64,000 nt of DNA from Dehalococcoidia bacterium (lineage in GTDB: Bacteria; Chloroflexota; Dehalococcoidia; Lucifugimonadales; CBDFII01): contig CBDFII010000004.1 in NCBI GenBank assembly GCA_965248115.1, positions 465,999 through 529,998 on the forward strand. The letters run 5' to 3'. The translations under genes and the position numbers were made by a program. The notes below the pieces were generated by a model. It did not search any database. It was given only the letters and a program-made list of their open reading frames with translations, and had not been told where the DNA came from. Of this stretch, positions 10,882-18,556 are shown piece after piece (within the stretch, counting starts at the first letter, position 1; the number at the start of each line of letters is the position of its first letter).

Positions 10882-11286
10882 GCTGGCGCATTAACGCGCT
10901 TCTTCTTCAGGCTTGTGCTCCATAACGATCTCCCTCTGTAGGAACCCTGGGTGATAACCCGGTAGGTCATCACATTTTTCCTCGGCTTCAAACGTCGATA
11001 GTAATCTACCCGCGTCATCCTTTTGTGTCACACGAATAGACCTTTAGCGTGACATATTTTTTCATCCTATCGATCCCCCTATTAGGTGATGAAGATTAAC
11101 TCGCACCTACACATACTGAATACATGCAGCGTCGAAATTCACTCGGCCTTGAGGGAGTCCTGCGAAGAAGCGCAAGAGCTCTCAGCGACACCCAGACTCA
11201 CCTCCTAGGCCGACGAAGGTCCTCTATGCAATCGGCCCCCTTAACCGAAAGGGGATGAGCAACGAAAAGCCGAGAAACAAAATCTG

Positions 11287-13194
11287 ATGGGGGTAGATTC
11301 CATGTGGAGAATATCGGGAATCAAGTCTAGACCATTCCGCGGTGTTTTCATCTCTGCTCTAGTGGCGATGACCCTGACTGTTGGATGCGACCTTATAGCT
11401 ATCGAGGATGCCCAGCAGGCTCTTGAGACCACCCGAGAGATGCAGAGGATTCAGGATGAAGAGATCCGACCCTGTCTTGCCGCCTTGGATCAGCTCCAAC
11501 AGGACGAGATCGAGCCGCGTGAACGAGAGATCAAAGGCCTCGCCCGCCAGAGCCGGGTCATTTATCGAGAGAAGATCGAGCCCCTGGAGCAGCAACTACA
11601 GTCTCTTTTCCCAGATGGAGAGACCTTCTCCGTACTGCAGCAAGAATTCAGTGCCCGCATGCGGGAGTTGGAGGAAGAGGAGCGCAATCTGGAGAACGAG
11701 GGGCGCCAATTTGAAAAGCAGTTCCACCTCCAAGAGGAGGCTCTGCGAGTCTTGCAGGAGACGACTATCCGTGAGAAAGAAGAGCAGGCGCATTCACTCC
11801 GGAAGCAGCTAGAAGAGCTCTACCAGAATGGTTGGGCAACTACAGATAGCCCCTCAACCACAGCCAGAGAGGATAGTGATGCCGCCCCTCTACGCCAACG
11901 AATTCAAGAGCTTGAAGCCGAAATCGCCCGGACTGAGACCCAACTCCACGACCAGACTGAAGGCCTAGAAAGGCAACTCTTCCCCCTTGAAGAGGAACTC
12001 CACAAGCTCTATCGAAATATGGAGGAGCAAGAGCGCCAGCTCTACCAGTCCATGGAGGATCACCAGCGCCAGTTTGATTCCGAGAACTGGACGCTCTCGC
12101 AGCAATTCCAAGAGAAGGAGAATACGCTACGCGCCCTGCGTGAAACGACGATCCTTCCCACAGAAGAGCTGAAGCGTTCAATCCAGATGCAGCTAGAACA
12201 GCTGTACCAAAACGACTGGGCTTACCTAGAAACTCTCCACAACGAACTTCAGATGCTACACATCAAGATCGCCGGAATTCCTGCCGACTCACCAGATGCA
12301 GACCGTGTAAGGCAACGGATACAGGAGCTAGAGGCCCAGATCAGCCAGAATGACAACCATCTCCGTGCCAAGGCTGAGGGCCTCGAGCAGCAACTCCATC
12401 AGCTAGAGCAGGAGTTGCGCCGGCTCTACTTGAATGTGGAGGAGCAGGAGCGGCAGCTCTACCAAAACCGAGAGAATCTGCAGCGCCAGTTCGAGGAGGA
12501 AAACTGGCAGCTTAGGCAGAGGTTCCAAGAGAAGGAGGACGCACTGCGTACCTTCTATGACACGACTATCCGTCCTAAAGAGGAGCTGATGCGTTCGCTT
12601 CAGATGCAGCTAGAGAACCTCCCCCGGAATGGATGGGCACCCATAGAGGCTCTCCACAACAAGCTGGAGGAGATTCAAGTTCGGGGGGAGTCCCAATTAC
12701 ATTCTCAAACCCAGGAGCTTGAGCAGCAGATGTTTGCCCTTGAGGAGGAGATACACCAGCTATACCAGAGGATGGAAGCGGAGATGCGGGCGCTCCAAGA
12801 GGAGTTCCAGCAATCTATGTGGTCGCTGGACGACCGCAGGTACCTCCTTCAGGATCGATGGCGCGTTTTAGAGGAGGAGATGCAAGAGAAGATGGGAACC
12901 GTACATATTGAGGTCGAGAGGGAGCGCCAGAAGCTCCAGGAGCAACTTGCCGCTATAAACCAACTGGAGCTGCACCCATTGGAAGAGCAAATTCACCAGA
13001 TGGAATTAGAGCTGGAAGAGTTCTATGAGCAGGAACGGGCCCAAAAGTTGGACCTACGGGCCGCAAAGCAAAACCTCGGGCCAATGCAACAGGAGATGGA
13101 GACCCGACTGCTTGATCTACTGGAATCGGCCCTGAGCACCCTGGCCAATGAGGATGTAGGTGCAGGCTCTGCTACTAATTCCAGTGAGGAGTAA
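11287..13194 (+). CDS. Q/E/L-rich coiled-coil repeat protein, possible lipoprotein
   Basis: 635-aa ORF. The N-terminal hydrophobic segment ends in LTVGC. The rest is heptad-like and acidic, with about 139-aa tandem units (RQRIQELEA...EEQERQLYQ...NW.L.Q.FQEKE..LR...TTI.P.EEL.RS.QMQLE.L..N.WA). Confidence 0.7.
   Translation: MGVDSMWRISGIKSRPFRGVFISALVAMTLTVGCDLIAIEDAQQALETTREMQRIQDEEIRPCLAALDQLQQDEIEPREREIKGLARQSRVIYREKIEPLEQQLQSLFPDGETFSVLQQEFSARMRELEEEERNLENEGRQFEKQFHLQEEALRVLQETTIREKEEQAHSLRKQLEELYQNGWATTDSPSTTAREDSDAAPLRQRIQELEAEIARTETQLHDQTEGLERQLFPLEEELHKLYRNMEEQERQLYQSMEDHQRQFDSENWTLSQQFQEKENTLRALRETTILPTEELKRSIQMQLEQLYQNDWAYLETLHNELQMLHIKIAGIPADSPDADRVRQRIQELEAQISQNDNHLRAKAEGLEQQLHQLEQELRRLYLNVEEQERQLYQNRENLQRQFEEENWQLRQRFQEKEDALRTFYDTTIRPKEELMRSLQMQLENLPRNGWAPIEALHNKLEEIQVRGESQLHSQTQELEQQMFALEEEIHQLYQRMEAEMRALQEEFQQSMWSLDDRRYLLQDRWRVLEEEMQEKMGTVHIEVERERQKLQEQLAAINQLELHPLEEQIHQMELELEEFYEQERAQKLDLRAAKQNLGPMQQEMETRLLDLLESALSTLANEDVGAGSATNSSEE
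11890..12640 (+). repeat. Intragenic tandem repeat, about 417-nt period, 2 well-conserved units plus diverged flanking units
   Basis: The unit starting at 11890 (ctacgccaacgaattcaagagcttgaagcc) aligns with the unit starting at 12307 (gtaaggcaacggatacaggagctagaggcc) along its whole length. Confidence 0.7.
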
Positions 13195-13255
13195 ATGAAA
13201 TGTCTCTATTTCTGCAACACCTGATAAAGCCATTTCAGCGCTCCATCATCTGGCC

Positions 13256-13921
13256 TTAGGACTGAACCTGCCTCAGGTCGGATGGTATTATCAGACGCGC
13301 TTCAGTCCTCTCCTGTACTTCCTCGGGTTTGTACTCCGGGGCTATTTCCCGCAGTAAAAAGCCCTGGGGAGTAACTTTGAAGAGTCCCAAGTCTGTCATT
13401 ACCAACTTCACCACGCCCGGTGCTGTGGCAGGCAACCTAAGCCGTCTCACAAGCCTGGGCTGGCCCTCTCGGGTGGTGTGTTCCATAACAATGAACACCC
13501 TCTTGGCTCCCATCGCCAGGTCCATAGCACCGCCGATGCCTCCCCCCTTGCGGCCAAGGGTCTTCCAGTTGGCGAAGTCGCCGTTCTCGGCCACCTCATA
13601 GCTGCCCAGCACGGCGACGTCTATATAGCCTCCACGGATGATGGCAAAGGAGTCGGCGTGGTGCACGATAGAAGCCCCCTGCACGAGGCTCACATACTGA
13701 CCACCAGCATTTACCAGGTGGAGATCCTCTTGGCCTTCGGGCACCAGAGGCCCATAGCCGATGACACCGTTTTCCGACTGGAAAATGACCCTCTTGCCCT
13801 CGTAGGAATAGTTGGAGCATAGGGTAGGTATGCCGATTCCCAAGTTTACCACCCACCCATCCTCGAACTCCATCGCAAGCCGAGCGGCCATCTGAGCTCG
13901 GGTTAATCCAGCCTTTGCCAT
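13256..13921 (-). CDS. 3-oxoacid/acyl CoA-transferase subunit B
   Basis: Family I CoA-transferase beta-subunit pattern (V.NLGIGIP, SENG..G, GG.DL..GAK). Start moved to the Met preceded by GGAGAAGGA, which avoids overlap with subunit A. Confidence 0.85.
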   Translation of the reverse strand: MAKAGLTRAQMAARLAMEFEDGWVVNLGIGIPTLCSNYSYEGKRVIFQSENGVIGYGPLVPEGQEDLHLVNAGGQYVSLVQGASIVHHADSFAIIRGGYIDVAVLGSYEVAENGDFANWKTLGRKGGGIGGAMDLAMGAKRVFIVMEHTTREGQPRLVRRLRLPATAPGVVKLVMTDLGLFKVTPQGFLLREIAPEYKPEEVQERTEARLIIPSDLRQVQS

Positions 13922-13947
13922 TCCAATCCTTCTCCCCGTGGGCATTG

Positions 13948-14661
13948 CTACCGGCGCACGACCATGTCCCAAATACCGTCGGAAGGAATCTTGGCAATGC
14001 GGTCTACAAAAATACCGGGCGTGTGAACGTGGTCAGGGTCGAAGGAGCCCGGCTCTAGAATCTCCTCCTCTACCTCCACAAAGGTCTCCTTGGCAGCCAT
14101 GGCCATGATAGGGTTGAAGTTCCGTTGCGCGAGGCGGTACTGGAGGTTGCCCCACTCATCGGCGCGCCACGCTCTAACGAAAGCATAGTCGGCGTAGAGG
14201 GGGTACTCGAGCACGTACTCCTGCCCACCGATCACGCGATGCTCTTTCCCTTCGGCCAGCTCCGTGCCTACACTAACCCGCGTATAGAAGCCTCCGATTC
14301 CCGCCCCGGAGGCCCGTATCCGCTCGGCCAAGGTACCCTGAGGAACCAGCTCTGCTTCGATCTCGCCGGCCTGGTAGAGCTGGTCGAAGGGGGTAACAGT
14401 AGAGGGATGTGGAGAGGCGGTGAAGGCGCAAATCATCTTCCTAAACCGCCGGGCGCTAACCAAGAGACCCAAATCTACCTGGCCATCGGGGATACCAGCT
14501 CGGTTGGTGATGCCCGTGAGGTTCTTGGCTCCTTGGCGCAACAGCGCGGCAATGAGATTCCTGGGCGTACCAGGGCCAGCAAACCCAGGAAACATGATGG
14601 TCGCACCGTCGGGAATGTCTGCGACCATCTGGTCAAAGCTCAAGGACACTTTGCTCTTCAT
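13948..14661 (-). CDS. 3-oxoacid/acyl CoA-transferase subunit A
   Basis: Typical alpha-subunit N-terminus (K..S.D..V..IPDGATIM.PGF.G.G.P..LI.AL) and a QGTLAERIRA.GAGI motif. Lies directly upstream of subunit B. Confidence 0.85.
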   Translation of the reverse strand: MKSKVSLSFDQMVADIPDGATIMFPGFAGPGTPRNLIAALLRQGAKNLTGITNRAGIPDGQVDLGLLVSARRFRKMICAFTASPHPSTVTPFDQLYQAGEIEAELVPQGTLAERIRASGAGIGGFYTRVSVGTELAEGKEHRVIGGQEYVLEYPLYADYAFVRAWRADEWGNLQYRLAQRNFNPIMAMAAKETFVEVEEEILEPGSFDPDHVHTPGIFVDRIAKIPSDGIWDMVVRR

Positions 14662-14682
14662 TGAGTTACCTCTACACCTTTT

Positions 14683-15318
14683 TCAGCGACTGGGCCCAAA
14701 GTACCGCTCTAGGAAAAAATCCTTCACGTAGGCCGTAAGCTGACTCCAATGATCGTTGATCTTCACCAACTCCTCCTGGTCCAACTGATTATAGGTCTTG
14801 CCAAACTGGGGAAGATACCATATGTCGAACACCCAGAATCCCTTGTGGGAAGTCACAGTTTCACTGGGGCGGATTTCTACCACAAGACCAGAGGGGCCCT
14901 CCACCTGCCACGAAGCCAGGGTCCGCCCCTCATCGGCGATGGCCAGAGCCTCCACCCAACTGGCACACCGCTCCTTCCCGGTGTAGGGTTCCATAAGCTG
15001 CAACAGTTGTAGTGCTCGATCTCGGTCGGTGGCCTCCTCTCCGGCAAAGCGATGGGTTAGCACGCTCTTCCAACGGTGACCCAAGACCGGGATCACCAAC
15101 CCTCCATCAGAGGCGATAGCGAGCGTCCTGGCAGCTTGCGACCAGCCTTCTGCTTTTAGGCATGCGTTCTCCTTGTGGGAGATACCCAGCTCGTGGGGCC
15201 CCTCCCAGTAGGAAAGACCGGCATCGTTAGGAGTTCGCGCGTGAAGTGGCAAACCGTCAAGCAGATTTCTCAGCCTTTGTTCCTTGGCCACGTTGGTGGT
15301 GGCCAGCAATATGTCCAA
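14683..15318 (-). CDS. Divergent HAM1/RdgB-like (ITPase-fold) protein
   Basis: 211-aa ORF. By eye it follows the Ham1 layout (ILLATTNVAKEQRL ~ IV.ATGN.GK..E; ASDGGL ~ ADDSGL; GFWVFD ~ GFGYDP; DHW ~ SHR), with several catalytic positions substituted. Only a 1-nt gap separates it from the upstream nuclease gene. Confidence 0.45.
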   Translation of the reverse strand: MDILLATTNVAKEQRLRNLLDGLPLHARTPNDAGLSYWEGPHELGISHKENACLKAEGWSQAARTLAIASDGGLVIPVLGHRWKSVLTHRFAGEEATDRDRALQLLQLMEPYTGKERCASWVEALAIADEGRTLASWQVEGPSGLVVEIRPSETVTSHKGFWVFDIWYLPQFGKTYNQLDQEELVKINDHWSQLTAYVKDFFLERYFGPSR

Positions 15319-15319
15319 C

Positions 15320-15989
15320 CTAATCCACTCCTATCGCCCAGCGACCGGCGGTGGCAACCCACCCGCAGTATTGGCAGCTTTGAAAAGGTTCTGGAGGGTC
15401 CGCCTGGACTAGAATGTTCGCTGCTCGGTACACAAGTTTGAGGGCGGCATCAGGATCAGTTGAAAGGGTAATGGGCGTCACAGACAGGGAGATGCCGTGG
15501 TCAAGATCACTCTCGTCGTAGGTATAGTACACCAGTATCGCCTGGCCAGATATGGGATACCCGTTGCCTTTAAGTAGCAATGTGTAAACGTCCATCTGCA
15601 CCTGGTAGGTATAGTGTACCCACTCGGGAGGTTTCCCCCGTGTCTTGTGATCCAGGGGTGCATATTCTCCCTCCGGATTCTCCAGGCACTCGTCCAGGCG
15701 CCCCGTCACCTTAAGCCCCGTTTTAGGATCAGTCCAGCCCTTGAGGGAGGGATCCACCAGTCTCCCTGCAATGCCAGCCCCGCTCAACAAGGGGGGGCAG
15801 GCCAGTCCCTCCCCTGTAAGGCTTGCAATACTCCTTGATCATGATGTCGAAGCGGCTGGGAAGGGTGGAAAAGGGCCCCCTAGGGCGCTTTATACCCTGT
15901 ACCAGCTCAAGCCAAAAGCAGCGAGGACAATCCCTCATCAGATTGAGGCTAGCTGGTGATACCGAGTCTCGGGGTAATTTCAAGAGCAC
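15320..15989 (-). pseudogene. PD-(D/E)XK (Cas4/RecB-like) nuclease with four Cys, interrupted by a +1 frameshift in a C7 run
   Basis: Track ORFs 15729..15989 and 15320..15790 overlap in different frames. Removing one base of the homopolymer at 15791..15797 gives one 222-aa protein with N-terminal CPRC, the motif GRLD...LDHKT (D...D-x-K) and C-terminal CQYC. Confidence 0.65.
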
Positions 15990-16172
15990 CTCTCACCAAC
16001 CGCATATCGATACTTGGCTATGAGACCCAGCATTGAATTGTAGTTGCCCTCCCTGAGAGGGTCAATCGCCTCAAGATGTCCTCTCCCTCACTTATTCATG
16101 GTTATAAACACACGAAATATCTAGATATCCAAACTACTCCTTTGAGACACTCTTTCCTCGCGAAAGACGCTC

Positions 16173-16201
16173 TTGACACCACCTCCTACACTCACTACCC
16201 T
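16173..16201 (+). promoter_or_regulatory. Candidate sigma70-type promoter of the cupin gene
   Basis: TTGACA (16173..16178), a 17-nt spacer, then TACCCT (16196..16201), about 87 nt upstream of the ATG at 16288. Confidence 0.3.
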
Positions 16202-16287
16202 TGAGTCCATTCGACGCCCCAGCTAGGGATCAACTATCACAAGAGCATGAAGTGGGCAAAACTTTAAACCTATTGAGGGAGATACGC

Positions 16288-16650
16288 ATGAAACATATAA
16301 AGATCGAAGAGGCCGCTGCCGAGGACAAAAGCCCTCTATTCACCGGGGGACCGGTGACGCGCCAAACTCTGTTGAGCGAGGATATGGGTAAATACTTCAT
16401 TATGTTCATGGTGAACTTTAGCCCAGGCGCTCGAACCAAATTCCACACTCACACTACTGACCAGGTAATCATCGTGACCAAGGGGACCGGCAGGGTGGTA
16501 ACCGAAGAGGAAGAGATAGTGGTGACAGTAGGTGACCTCGTCCACTGCCCAGCCGGTGAGAATCACTGGCACGGTGCCACCACAAACTCGGCCTTCTCCC
16601 ACATCGCAATGACTGCATCAGGAAGTAAAACGGACCAACGGGAGCCTTAA
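16288..16650 (+). CDS. Cupin domain protein
   Basis: Cupin motifs G.R..FH.H..DQ.I.V..G.G and P.G..HWHGA. The ATG at 16288 is preceded by GAGGGA; the longer track start at 16201 is less likely. Confidence 0.8.
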   Translation: MKHIKIEEAAAEDKSPLFTGGPVTRQTLLSEDMGKYFIMFMVNFSPGARTKFHTHTTDQVIIVTKGTGRVVTEEEEIVVTVGDLVHCPAGENHWHGATTNSAFSHIAMTASGSKTDQREP

Positions 16651-16738
16651 TCCACTGGCATTATCTCGCCACCAAGATTATGCTGCATGGGAAGATTCCC
16701 GTTGATCTAGATAACCCTGGGGTACGTAATAGTCTGCG

Positions 16739-17425
16739 ATGTCCCAATACCATCGATTAGGCCAAAATAGTAGGAGACGAGGGCTGTTAGCTACGGCATC
16801 AAGGCTTGTAGTATTCGGCCCACTTATGGTGATCCTTGCGGTGGCTTGCACCGGCTCCGAGAGCATCACTATCCCTTCCCAGCCCACAATACAAGAGGAA
16901 TCCACAGAGAAGAGCTTCCCAACACCCTCACCCCCATTGGACACCACAACAGCTACCCAGCATTCCGTGGGGACAAGGGTAGCTGACCTTGCACCCCCCT
17001 TCACCTTCACCCTTTCCAACGGCACGCTGGTGAGCCGGGATTCTATCAAGTCTGATGGAAACCCGGTGATGCTCTTCTTCTATACCCCTTGGTGACCCAC
17101 CTGTCGCGCCGAGTTACGGTCGCTTAAAACCATCTACCCCCAGTACCAAGCCCATGTGGACTTTTATGCCATATGTGTGGACCCAACGATGAGCCAGGCC
17201 GAACTGGAGGAAGATAAGGCACGTCAAGGCTACCCCTGGCCGGTGGTTGAGGCTCCGCGACAGTTGATCACTGACCTGCGGGTCACCGTACGATCCACTA
17301 AGGTGGCAATAGGGAGAGATGGAGTTATCACCTTCAGGACGGGGTACGGCGTCGGACCCAGAGAGGGTTGGGATCAACTCTTCCAAAGGCTTATAAAGGG
17401 GTCTGGCGACGGCTCAGGATACTAG
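16739..17425 (+). CDS. TlpA/ResA-like thiol:disulfide oxidoreductase lipoprotein with in-frame UGA (candidate selenoprotein, W-U-P-T-C)
   Basis: Track ORFs 16739..17095 and 17156..17425 share a frame; only TGA (17093..17095) and 20 sense codons lie between them. The read-through gives ...NPVMLFFYTPW-U-PTCRAELRSLK..., the thioredoxin-fold WCxxC site. Lipobox LAVAC at the N-terminus. Confidence 0.7.
17106..17123 (+). promoter_or_regulatory. Candidate bacterial SECIS hairpin
   Basis: GCGCCG / CGG(U)CGC: 6 G-C-rich base pairs with a bulged U and an AGUUA apical loop, starting 10 nt after the UGA. Confidence 0.45.
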
Positions 17426-18193
17426 CTCACCCCTCAACGATTGTAACCATTCAGAAAGCCATCTCTCCAGAACGTCTAACAGTTCAACTCCTACATTCAC
17501 GATAACGATCATTTGAATCACGCTGGCTAGACCGTGAAAGAGCACATACTTACGGAATGAGTATCGGGTAACCCCCGCGATGATGCTGCTCACATCTCCG
17601 GGAAGAAAAGGTATGAGGGCAAAGAGGAAAATAATAAGACCGCCGAAACGCCCCATAAGCCTCTGAAGGGCCGCCCCCCAGCGCCAACGCTCCACGTTGG
17701 AGCTGTTCATTGCGCCTGCCAGGTAGGCCGTTACACTGCCCACTGTTCCGCCTAACCCTGCAGCTACGCCTATTAGAGTAGCATTGAAGTCCTGCGCAAT
17801 CACTGCCACTAGAAGGCCCCCAGGGGCAGGAAATAGGATGGTAGCGCTGCTGGCTCCATTGACGATGAAGGCCCCAAGGTAACCCCAGTTACCCAAGTCC
17901 GTCAGATAGGGACGAAGAAGGTACATGGCCACCACCGTGGCCACAGAGTAGGCCACGATGATCTGGATCTTATATCGCCAGTCAATTCGATCGATGCGAA
18001 CCGCTAGACGGCGAAGAAGTCCCAGACGTGGAGGTTTTCGAGCATCTCGGCCGCGTTGCCTAGGGGCTCCTCTACTGGCAACTCGGCCGGCGCCTCGGTC
18101 TCGGTGACCAATTCGAGGTGACTCTCTACCTGGGGATCCTCTTCTACCCTGTTCGCTACCAGTTCGGCGGGACTTTCCTCGGCTGGTGGACAT
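17414..18193 (-). CDS. YqaA/DedA-related (VTT domain) membrane protein with Arg-rich N-terminal extension
   Basis: The hydrophobic core has the YLGAF.V....SAT..FP.PG and LIPFLPGD....AG motifs typical of SNARE-associated/VTT-domain proteins. The first ~60 aa are R/G-rich, so the start is uncertain. Confidence 0.6.
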   Translation of the reverse strand: MSTSRGKSRRTGSEQGRRGSPGRESPRIGHRDRGAGRVASRGAPRQRGRDARKPPRLGLLRRLAVRIDRIDWRYKIQIIVAYSVATVVAMYLLRPYLTDLGNWGYLGAFIVNGASSATILFPAPGGLLVAVIAQDFNATLIGVAAGLGGTVGSVTAYLAGAMNSSNVERWRWGAALQRLMGRFGGLIIFLFALIPFLPGDVSSIIAGVTRYSFRKYVLFHGLASVIQMIVIVNVGVELLDVLERWLSEWLQSLRGELVS

Positions 18194-18556
18194 ACTCTAC
18201 TCGTAGTTACGGTGGGAGGTCTCAAAACTGTGCAGGCCTTCTCAGCCCGCATGACATACACGTTAACACACCCTCTAAGAATTCTGCATAGCGCCTGCCA
18301 AACTATTTGTAGGGCCTTACTATTTCCATCGGGGGTGAACATCCTGGTAGTATCGATCTCCGTGGCAAATACCCTTTTTTCAGGTTGTCAAAATGGACAC
18401 GCCATTCCAAGAAGTTCCTTCGCCGCAAACGGGTAGCTATTGACATATCGCCGTGCCATTGTGAGAGAATCTTCTGCTGAACAATGTTTTCCACATCCAA
18501 TAGACGAAGCAAAGCGTAATACTAAAGGAACTCTCAATAAGGAGTGAATCTAACGA

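Noticed and set aside
10882-11018. The minus-strand ORF tail (MTRVDYYRRLKPRKNVMTYRVITQGSYRGR...) and the adjacent tiny ORF (MKKYVTLKVYSCDTKG) were considered as a possible toxin-antitoxin or IS remnant.
   Set aside because: I could not match either to a family. The longer ORF only reaches 69 aa by running antisense into the lipoprotein gene.
17414-18193. A functional link between the DedA/YqaA-like membrane protein and selenium handling, because it converges on (and overlaps by 12 nt) the candidate Sec-TlpA gene.
   Set aside because: Convergent orientation gives no operon evidence, and the family is very broad. This is speculation without support in the sequence.
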